Below are positions 14,488 to 24,331 of a stretch of 64,000 nucleotides of DNA, one piece after another (position 1 is the stretch's first letter; each line of letters starts with the position of its first letter). The translations under genes and the position numbers were made by a program. Location of the stretch: the NCBI GenBank assembly GCA_973895155.1, contig OZ316893.1, positions 10,979,660 through 11,043,659 of the forward strand, read 5' to 3'. The notes under the pieces were generated by a model. The model saw nothing but the letters and a program-made list of their open reading frames with translations. It was not told the DNA's origin and did no database searches. Source of the stretch: Marsupella aquatica (Eukaryota; Plantae; Marchantiophyta).

Positions 14488-15015
14488 CATACTTTAGGAA
14501 CTCTAGCCAAAAAATCAGAAAAACAACGAAAAAGTCAAAAAAAGTGCAAAAATTAGCACCTATTTTAGAGCAAAAATATGGAGCGAACAAAATATGACAT
14601 AAACTAGCTATGTTTTGACACCTAAAAATGACCAAATTCATCTGAAGTTACATTCCACCAATAAATGATCTCAAATACAACACTATTATCTACAATGGTC
14701 TCATAATTACACGAGGTGTCTTTTGAAACAACAACTAAATCACCTCCAAAAGCCATTGTCATTTAAAAACCAGAAAATAAATTACTACAACTTAACCTGA
14801 TACACATTATTGTGAAAAGAAGACAAGGAGAATAGAAATGACACCATCTAATTGAATTGAAACACAACCCACTAAGATAATATTAAACTACAAATTTCTC
14901 AAGAAACTTTAACCATGAATTCATGAATAAGTGGTAAAGGCATTTTGAAAATTTGTAAATTTTCAAGTTATCCATGTTTTTCAATGGTAATGTCATAAAC
15001 AATAACTACTTTTCA

Positions 15016-18000
15016 TTACTCAGATCCAGAAGTTCTCAATTCTTGAAACGAAATATCCCTAGATTTATCTCCTAGCGGGGTTCTAGTTGATCCATTCTCT
15101 TGTTCTTGCTCTTTCTCTTCTGCCAAAAATTCAGTCAATCGGATTTTGATTCGATCTACTGTCTTTTTGTACAATGTATCAGATTTTGTCAACATGAAGT
15201 TGTAAGCAAAAACAGTAGTTGAAGATAAATCAAGCTCTTGGTGAAACCATATTGGTTTCAAAGTTCCTTTCCCACGACCACTTTTCTTCTTTTCGTAGTT
15301 TAAGACTTCTGGTAAGTACTTGGCTTTCCAAGGATCTGACCCGGTTTTTGGAGCATGCCATAAAACATAAATCATTTTTGGAATGTTGAACTCGTCACGC
15401 TGGTCAATTCTTTCCACCTTGGCCACCCAAAATGTTTCCGATTCTTCTCCAGCAACAGAAATATAAGTGTTGACTTCAAGATCCGAAAAGTCTCCTTCCA
15501 TATTCTCCTTCTCTGCATCTATCTTTCCTTGATTCCGATAAGGACCCACGTATATATCTCTGGTAGGTCCGTATACTCTCTCTTCAATTTCCTCTTCATT
15601 GACAAGGACTCTGGGAACTTCAGCAGCAACAGCAATCTCCCTTTGGGAGCGTGGCCATTGAAAAGGGAAAATCAATGGTCTTTGATCAAGGAGCAAAGAT
15701 TTATTCAATTCCCGTTGCTCTTCAAAAAACATTCTCCACCAGTTCACTTCCTCTTCTGAGAATAAAGTTTCAACTGCAAGTATTCCCTTTTGAATCTCAT
15801 TTAACGAATCATCCATCTCCTTCAAAGTCATTCTTGAAGAACTAGACATATTTGGTTGAGTCCTTGTAACGTTCTTATCCCCCTTTTTGAAAAGGGGTAA
15901 TCCGGGAGCACAACCCATCACCTTTTCTGGCTCCTCTTCCCTCAAAAATTTCACGCCTCCGTCAGGTTTCCAAGTTGAGTCCGTGGAAAACTTCTTCCCC
16001 CATTGGGTTGGAACTTGATTTTCCAACTTGTCAAATGCAAATTTGTACTGGTGGTGGAAGGTAACATTTCGAATCCTTTCAATGACTAAAGGTGGATCTG
16101 AGAAGGCATATTGACGGAAATCATATGTTTCCTTTAAAAGAGCGATATTTGGTTGGGGTTGATATGATTCACAAATAATATCACATAGGCTTTCGTATGT
16201 GAATGCCTTAAACCTTGCTAGTCGTTTAGAAAATCGACTGAACATTTGATCTATTTGGTCGTGTGTGTGTCCAACCAACAAGAATCCTAGTTTGATTTTC
16301 CGAAAAACCTTTCTTCGAATCAACATATGAAGATAGGCAAAGAGTAAATTATTTTTATTTTCTCTACTGGTATTATCAAGTTGAAGATAGAGAACAGGCG
16401 GCAAGCCACCAGGCTTTTCTTCCCATTCGTGAAACACCCTTTGCAGGATTGTGACTGTCAAGTTTCCATCATTATGCAATACAGGATAATTAAGAAACAC
16501 TCTTGAAAATAGTGCACCATTGAAAACCAGGCATCCGACAACGTGCATTTGGATCAAACATGTTTCGTCCACCGATTTTGGGGGCCGCGGCCAATGAGGC
16601 AACCTTGTCTTCTTCTGATCCATCCCATCAATGACAACTCCCAAATATTTATCAGAATTTGAAAAACATTTCTTACGATGCTTCGCGAGTTTCTCACGTT
16701 CTTTGGATTGTTGGTCTCTATGTTTTTGTAACATAATTTCCCCTCGCCCTGGAAAAACAACTTGTTAGTTTCTTCAAAAAAAATTAGAAATCATGTGTTA
16801 AGCCATATTCTTGAAACAAAAACTTGTCAAACTTGTAAGCAACTTACTCTTTTCGGTCTCCGAGACAGCTTTGTCCCAAATTGATTTGAACTCCTCGCAA
16901 TCCGCGCAAGCACTGAATCGATTGACTGGAGGAATCTTCACATGACCAAATTCTTGAACCCAAACTTTCAAGAATTGTCGATAGGATATTTTTGAAGATT
17001 CATCAATCTTCAAAATTTCAAAATTCTATTTAATCTATTTTCAAAATTCTATTTAATCTATGATTGCCAACGCAAAATATAAGCTTGAAAGCTTTCCGAC
17101 AAATACTCTTTTGACCAAACGTGTAAGATATAGTCTGCCTCCCTCCTTCATTTCCGTCTCGCTTTATAAGCCACTACAAAGATAAAGATCGATCTTGAGA
17201 TTTCTGCCTCAAAAATTTAGAACGGGCCTCACGAATTTCTTTTGGAGATAGACTTAGGAGACAATGACTCTGACAACAGTACTTACTATTTGTTTTCTTG
17301 ATATCCTCCTCTTTCAACTTTGTTTCACACAAAGTGGCGTTGCTCGTACGTTTGTAACGACTAGATGCCACCGGAACATCATCATCCTCCCCACTCTCCG
17401 AAGACTCGCTTTCATTCGATGATGAAATGGTCACCAACATTTGCTTCTGAACATGCCTAGATTCCAGACCTACAGCCTTCGGAGATGGAGGCTCTTCCTT
17501 CACTCTATGCACCCTTGGAATACCTGGGCGTATTTCAGAAATCCCTCCATTACCATGTAGGGACCCTTTCAATATTTTCCTAGGGTCCCTCTCCACCAGG
17601 TTGGTTTCCCTGTTTGAGTTTCCGTGACTTGATCCGCTCCCTGCCCCAACACCATGACTCCTAGGTAAAACTGAGGAACGCACATTAGAATTCTTTTCTG
17701 GAATACTTTTCAATAACACTGGTCATCTAGTTTCTTCCCTCATCCCCCTGTGAAATGTTTCCGACGTTGGCTTACCAAAGGTTTTACTTTTTGGCATTTG
17801 CTTCAGCCGCTGAACACTTTGCAGACTGCAAAAATCTCTGTCATTTTCCCCACTTAGTGCCTTCTTCGTCTTTCCAAATCCAGTCTTCATGAATTCATGA
17901 GACCGTTTCCCAGACATCCAAATAGGCATTGAACCTTCCAGATTACTCCCCAATTTGTCCTTTGTTGGTGACAAAGGAGATACAACTTGACGTCCAGGGG

Positions 18001-18250
18001 GGCCAATACTCTCCAAGGAGTCAGAGGAGCTCCCTGACCTCTCTTTACCACCGACCAATGATTTCTTCCCACTAATTGCAAGTCGTAAAGGACTACGTTT
18101 TAACTTGCTCATAGGGGTGGGGGGTGGCATATCTAAAACAGTAGTTATTCCAGGGATATCTGGGCCAACCACTGTGCAGGGGCCATCCGGCAATGAAACA
18201 TCATCAGAAACTCCATCTGAATAATCATCTGATTCGTAACACGCCGCCAT
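15016..18250 (-). pseudogene. Sola-like / DUF7869-type DDE transposase with disabled N-terminal half; intron 16847-16749
   Basis: Core motifs IDGMDQ, LYLQLDNTSRENKN and FLLVGHTHDQIDQMFS; upstream CCQSHC, ICRKAFKLIF and FSACADC motifs. In-frame stops at about 17723 (TGA) and 17174 (TAG); a 23-bp tandem duplication near 17015-17062 breaks the frame. The last exon (16748-15016) is open. Confidence 0.85.
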
Positions 18251-18794
18251 TGGAAAAACTAGTGCAAATTGACAAGAAACTCATAAAATCAGTAAAATCT
18301 AACAAATGTTCTCAAAATAATGACCAAGAGTCATGAATAAACGAGCCTATTTATAGTTTTTCACGGATTGTTGGGACTTTTTAACTTCAAAAATATCAAA
18401 TATTCATGAAATTTGCAAGCTTTTTCCCGTTAATACCCCGAAATATTCATGAATAATTGGCCCAAAAACATTGATTTATCATGATTCTGGGTTAATTTTA
18501 CTAAGTCGCGCCTGATCCGTGATTAGTATGTATAACCAAGGAACACGGGGCAACCCATTCATTTTCACTCAATGTCATTTGGATTTCCTTTGTAAAAGAG
18601 TGAAAAACAATCTCGCTATCCAATTTCGTGCCATTTTCAGCACTCATCGGCGACGTGTCGCGAGTTGTCGCGGTCGCACTTCATTTCGACCCTATTTTAG
18701 GTAGTAATTTAGGCCCTGGGTGATTTCTTCACGTCACCCCCCTCCGAACCCTATTTTAAATACCCTTCTGCATCACCGAGGTGTACAAGCAAAG

Positions 18795-18904
18795 AGAGAG
18801 GAGACTCCCTTCATGAATTCATGAAGGTCGGAGCGAGAGGGAGACTCCCTTCATGAATTCATGAAGGTCGGAGCGAGAGGGAGACTCCCTTCATGAATTC
18901 ATGA
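18795..18904. repeat. About 2.7 copies of a 40-bp tandem repeat carrying the palindrome CCTTCATGAATTCATGAAGG, in the divergent intergenic region
   Basis: GAGACTCCCTTCATGAATTCATGAAGGTCGGAGCGAGAGG at 18801 and 18841, with a partial copy at 18881. Confidence 0.95.
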
Positions 18905-19069
18905 TAGGAGTCCTGGGGTGGCCGAGAGCGTTGTTAGATCCGTAAGGACACGGTTTTAGTAGCCATTTGTTGGCACATTCCTTGGTTCTGTGGCACTTTG
19001 TCTCGCAGGTTGGGGTTGAAGTGGACTGATTTTGTGGTATGTTCTCAGGTTTGAAGATCAGGCAAAAAC

Positions 19070-22000
19070 ATGACAATGTCGCAGGAAGAGCTGGTGGATG
19101 ACATCTTTTCGCGCCATCCTTTGACGGACTTCCACAACTCATCCTGGACGATTTCCTTAGGGACGGAAACATGGAAGAAGCCCTTCCTAATGCTGTGTGT
19201 ATTTGAGGGGCTTCCATCGGGGGCATTAGGGTGGGTAAATTACGGCCGCATCGATGTATTTCGACGGGGCGACGAAGTTGTGAACATGTTGATCACAACG
19301 AAGGAAACATCAACTTTGATTGTCGTGGATGTGGAGAGGTTTTCTGGAACGGCTGCCACCTGCTATCTCGATGAGGACATCGATAGCATCATTGAGACTG
19401 TCAAGTCTCTTTCGAGTGAGGAACGTTACCACGACGTCGCGGGAAAGATTTCCGGTTTTGTGTTTGAATTTCACGCTAGCACTTTAAAGAGTGCAATCCG
19501 AAAATCAAGAGAGATTCTCCGGAAAAGGTCGGCAGAGAAGGGAGTATGTCGTCCACCCAAATGTGGGGCTTCCGGTGTTCCTTCTGGATCGAGGCCTAGC
19601 ATTTTACCCGATGATATTTTGACCGTGGTAGCGCCTACAACCTCCCGGGAAGCAGCAGCATCTGGAGGGGGATCTCAAGTTGGCAGATCATCCCAGGGAA
19701 CGGCTTTGACTGGTGGGTCGGCACAATGTACGACTGGAACTCGCATTTCTTCAAAGAAGCGACCTGCTATGACTCCTGAGCCTACCGAGCCCAGTGCTAC
19801 AAAGTCAAAAAAGAAGACTTTGGAGAAAATTCCAACGCATTTGGAGCAAAAGGCTCAATCAATGTCAATGGATGCACGGGTATTGTACCAGGAGGAGATT
19901 CTGGGAAGATGTGGTGTTCAAGAGGAGACCGTGACCGTTGACATTGGTCAACTTTACCCTCCAGTGAGAGAGAAGGCTGTGGGCTTGCCCATTTACCAGG
20001 TCCGACACATCCAACCATATTTCTTGACCCAATTGACCTTGCGGATGAAGACTGTAGGTGCCAGTCCACTTGCAGCTCCGTTTGTCCTCTTGGTGGATCC
20101 GAAGGAGTGTGCTACTAGGCAAGACTTTGATTTTTCAAGGAAAGCTGATTACCATTATTATGTGATTGGGGGCAACCATTCAGCCTGTGCCAAAGCAGAC
20201 CTTGCTCTTCAGTTCCCTAACAACAAGGCATTTCGGAGAGTGCAATCTTGGATATTTGCGGGATTGAGTGTGCAAGAGGCAAGAAACCTTGCGTGGAGTC
20301 ACAATATTGATTCTGAATTTCGACAACAGATGACGACAATCCAGAGAGTAAATTATATTCACATGAGATTTGTTGAGAATGGATTGTCGTCCAACCAGGA
20401 TTTCAAGAAAGAGTGTGCTACTGAAATCAATCTCAAGGATTGGGGTGTACGAAAGGATGCTGAGGTTCTTAATGCCAATGATAACCTATTTCAGTTGGCA
20501 TTCCGGCAAGATCCTGTGTGGTCATTTGTGAGGCAGATTTGTGACAAGTGGGAGATGTGTGAGATCAAAGGTCAAAAAGGAGACAAAGGCAAGAAGAAAG
20601 TCTCTAAGTCTGGAGATGCCAAATTGCCTTATGAGGACATGAAATTAACAGAGTGGAGACACATGCAGACCTTGAAAGATCCTGATATGATTTGCCCAGT
20701 GTTACAGAGAGTTCTTACTAAAGAACTCTCTTTACAGGAAATGGGTCACGAATTTACTCGACACAAATTTCAGATGCAGGTGCAGAAGGTCTTCCTCACG
20801 TGTCTACACGAGGAGAGTTGGTCAGGTTGTAAAACCAAGTACCCTGAGCATTGCACAGACAATGTGCTTAAGAATTTTGTACTTGTTTTCCAGACATGGG
20901 TAAGATTCTGTCACCTTTCTTCGAATGATTGTTTGAATTCATTTAATATTTGGAATCCTTGTTTCTAATTCTACAGTTCCTTTTTGTAGAAAGATACCAC
21001 CTCCCGGAAAAAGAAGGGAGATGAGGAAGGCAAAGATCTCAAGTCATTCCCGGACAAATTCAATGCGCATATTGTGCAAGCCCAAAATTGGCTATCCATG
21101 AAGACTTCTAGTCGGCAAACCCAAGAGGGGGAACTTCATCCAAATTCGTTTGAGCATCCAGAGTTTGGTGATGTGCACTATGATATTTTTACTCATGATG
21201 CTCAGCGATTACATGAGGTGGTTCCGGGTCGGGCTTACACATTAGCTTTAGTGGATATTCCCTACGGGTTTGCATTGCCTGGATGTCTTCATGAAGACAC
21301 TATTGGATGGGGAACTGAGGAGATCACAAAAATGGTCCAATCGTTCAAGGTGGCTACTACTGCAAAGTTGTGGCGTATTATCATTCACCACAGCCTTGAC
21401 CAATATGAGGCCATCAAGACCGTTTTGAAAGCGGAGTGTAATGGAGGGTTCCAGAATTGTGTGTGGTAAGAAATATTTGTTTTTGAAAAAAACAACTATT
21501 AGTTATTCATGATTTCATGAACCATGTTTCTCAGTTTAAATAACTCCTTGACTTTTTGTGACTTTTCAGGGTTAAGGATAATGTGAAGAATGCTGGTGGA
21601 CCAAGATTGAACAGCAACTTTGAGTGCTTTACAATTGGCTTTCACAGCCAGGATGGTAAACGGTCATTGGAGCACTTCAATTTTGACACAAATGAATCAA
21701 GGAACAATGTGGTTGTATGCGCAGCTGTGACTAAGAAGCTGAAACACAACGGGGATAACAAGGCAGTGAATGTTTATCAGAAACCACGTGCATTGTTAGA
21801 TTGGGAAGTGAGTCATTTTAGTCAGGTTGGAGACTGGGTTTTGGATATTTGTTCAGGATCAGGGACTGGGACAACCTCCTCCTTGGCCATGGGGAGACAT
21901 TGCGTTGCCATTGAGATTGACGAGCGACAGAGCAGTGTGTTGAAAGGGAGGATTCTTAACCTTGCAGATAACATTGAAGAGGAAGACGGACAGGGGGAGA

Positions 22001-22131
22001 TGGATGAGGAGAGTGAGGAAGACATTCCTCAGGCCGGAGAGGATAGCGTGGTTGACGATGCCACAATTGTTCCAGAATTGACGACAGGGACTTCCAGAAC
22101 CGAGGAAGGGGAAGCGGTCCCTTTGGATTAG
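19070..22131 (+). CDS. Transposon-borne ParB/Srx-like domain fused to a beta-class amino-DNA-methyltransferase (N6_N4_Mtase-like); exons 19070-20899, 20990-21465, 21570-22131 (955 aa, intact)
   Basis: ParB-like segment VDIGQLYPP..YQVRHI..PFVLLVD..YYVIGGNHSACAK..LSVQEARNLAWSHN. MTase motif IV-like LALVDIPYG, then CVWVK, NFECFTIG and YQKPRALLDWEVSHFSQVGDWVLDICSGSGTGTTSSLAMGRHCVAIEID (motifs X-I-II). Two GT-AG introns splice in frame (2868 nt); acidic C-terminal tail. Confidence 0.88.
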
Positions 22132-22420
22132 ACTAGATAAATAGAGGGACTCGTAGCATTTGAAACCACTTGGGCTTAAGTTGGGTTATATTTTGTAAAA
22201 CTTTGAGTTTGACTTAAACTCTGATCGATGAGTTTGATTTTGATTACTTTTATAAAGTGCATATTTCAAGGTTTATACAATTGTGAGAATATCATATAAG
22301 ATATGCTTAGATTTTGGTGGTAAAATTCTCTTGAGTCTAGTTTGGAAAATACATACCATTTTTTGGTGGTTTTTTGGTATACACTTTTTAATATCATGAA
22401 GATTTTGAAAAGAGAAATAA

Positions 22421-22452
22421 GGCTTTGGACTCATCCCTTAAGGCTTCTTGTT
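22421..22452 (-). repeat. Right TIR (reverse complement AACAAGAAGCCTTAAGGGATGAGTCCAAAGCC)
   Basis: Pairs with the left TIR; followed by TSD CACT. Confidence 0.93.
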
Positions 22453-24017
22453 CACTTACAAGATCAGATGCAGAGCAATGGAGGAAAGCCATTAATGATG
22501 AGTTAGACTCATTGAAGAAAAACAACACATGGACCATAGTCAAGCTTCCTCAAAATCGAAAGGCGGTGGGCTGCAAGTGGGTTTTCAAGTTGAAGTTAGT
22601 ACAACCCGGATGGAAGCATTGCAAGATACAAAGCTAGACTTGTAGCCAAAGGCTATTCTCAAGTCTATGGGGTTGATTACTTGGATACTTTTTCACCAGT
22701 AGTGAAAATCACATCTATAAGGCTCATTCTATCCTTGGTGGCCTTTTATGACCTTGAGGCCATCCTTTTAGATGTGAAGACAACATTCCTGAATGGTATA
22801 CTCACAGAACCAATCTACATGGAGTTGCCTGAAGGATTAGAGTGGTTGGAGAAAATTCTTGACCCTGAAATGGTATGTCTCCTATTGAGGGCATTATATG
22901 GCCTCAAGCAATCCTCTAGGTTATGGTATAAGAGGATTGACACTTTCTTGTTAAGCATTGGCTTTAGAAAGTGCATAGCTGACTCAAATGTGTATTATTA
23001 TGAGTCAGGAGGAAACTTTGTGATATTAGCTCTATATGTTGATGATTGCATACTTGCAAGCAATGACACCAACATATTAGCTGAAGTCAAAACGACACTC
23101 TTGAAGGAATTCGAGATGAGTGACTTAGGCAATATACATAATTGCCTTGGTATGGAAATCTCCCGCAACAGAGAAGAGGGTTGGCTCAAGATGTCTCAAG
23201 AGAGATACATCTTGGACAAATTAAGCACTTTCAACATGAAGAATTGCAAGGCAGTGCATACTCAAGTTGAGTTGGGCTTAAAGCTAAGCAAGGAGGATAG
23301 CCCACAAACTGAAGATGAAAAGTTACAGATGGAGACTGTACCATACCAGAATGCAGTTGGAAGCCTCATGTGGGCTATGATCTGCACAAGGCCCGACTTA
23401 TCCTATGCAGTTGGATCAGTGGCACAATTCATGTCCAATCCAGGTCCAAAGCATTGGATGGCTGTGAAGCAAATTTTTTGGTACTTGAAGGGCACATCAA
23501 GTATGGGTTTGGTGTATAAAAGATCAGAATCTTTTATTCCCTTACATGGATATACTGATGCTGATTGGGGAGGAGATATTGACACAAGAAGATCAACCTC
23601 TGGTTATTGTTTCATGCTCTCAGGTGCAGTAGTGAGTTGGGCAAGCAAAAAGCAAAAATCTGTAGCCTTGTCTAGCACCGAAGCAGAGTACATGGCCTTA
23701 TCAAAGGCATGCACTGAGATAGTATGGTTGAAAAGACTTCTTGGAGACTTGCATCATTAGCAAGCAAGAGCCGTCATTCATTGTGATAATCAAAGTGCTC
23801 TTAGCTTACTTGAAGCGTCTTGGCTTCATGATAGGAGCAAGCACATTGATATTCAATATCACTTTAGTAGGGAACTAGTTGATAGTGGTGAAATAGAAGT
23901 AATCTATTGTCCCACCGAGGAAATGGCAGCGGACATTCTCACCAAAGGACTTCCAAAAGACAAACACATTTATTTGAGAAAAATGCTAGGGCTTTATTAG
24001 GGTTCTAATTAGTCACT

Positions 24018-24027
24018 AAAGTGGGAG
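24018..24027 (+). promoter_or_regulatory. Polypurine tract of the copia element
   Basis: AAAGTGGGAG immediately before the 3' LTR. Confidence 0.85.
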
Positions 24028-24326
24028 TATTAGAAAAGGTTTAATTGGTAGCTAGGCCACCGTCCTTAGTTGTAGGCCACTGTCCTAAGTGGTAGGCCAC
24101 CATCCTTAGTTGTGGGCCACCGTCCTAAATTAGTGACTTAAATTAGACCATGAGGTGAACTATGTTATAGGTACATGTGAGGGAATGTGTAGCATGAGAG
24201 AATACACAATATTCTTGTTTGACTTGACCAGGTATCCAAGGGATGCCAGTCCATGTATAAAACCCCTCACTATTCAATGACAAACACACCGCATTTCCAC
24301 ATTCTTGGGCTCATGGATTTCTAACA
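24028..24326 (+). repeat. Copia 3' LTR (299 bp, four ~20-bp internal units)
   Basis: Direct repeat of the 5' LTR with one extra internal unit; followed by TSD CTTTC. Confidence 0.95.
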
Positions 24327-24331
24327 CTTTC

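Larger units (their letters stand above)
14456..22452. mobile_element. 7997-bp cut-and-paste DNA transposon, Sola-like (probably Sola1), with two divergent genes
   Basis: 32-bp TIRs (27/32 identical) and 4-bp TSD CACT (14452-14455 and 22453-22456). Removing the element and one TSD restores the copia frame EPTSLKEALTRSDAEQWRKAI. The element itself is certain; the superfamily is inferred from TSD length and transposase motifs. Confidence 0.92.
11811..24000 (+). pseudogene. Copia gag-pol polyprotein, inactivated: stops at 12039, 12681 and 23758, a frameshift near 22598, and split by the DNA transposon at 14456-22452
   Basis: Gag (IPKFDGTYFQVW), zinc knuckle CHFCKRKGHFIHDC, integrase HKRLGH..CGAC / VHSDICGP / LRSDNGGEY / PQQNGVAKRKN (catalytic E apparently changed to K), RT LYGLKQ / YVDD, RNaseH DADW / TEAEY / DNQSA / ADILTK. 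Confidence 0.95.
11010..24326 (+). mobile_element. Full-length Ty1/copia LTR retrotransposon (about 5.3 kb own sequence plus an 8-kb nested DNA transposon)
   Basis: Two LTRs, 5-bp TSD CTTTC (11005-11009 and 24327-24331), PBS TGGTATCAGAGCC, PPT AAAGTGGGAG, and gag-PR-IN-RT-RH domain order. Confidence 0.97.

Noticed and set aside
18795-18904. Palindromic 40-bp repeats as a CRISPR array
   Set aside because: The units are head-to-tail identical with no unique spacers.
19070-22131. Bacterial contamination or prophage as the source of the ParB-MTase gene
   Set aside because: The gene has two in-frame spliceosomal introns and lies inside TIRs with a TSD within a plant copia element.
14467-22441. 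TTAA target site (piggyBac/Sola3-type) for the DNA transposon
   Set aside because: TTAA lies inside the TIRs; the inverted match extends 11 bp further out, and only the CACT duplication restores the copia reading frame.
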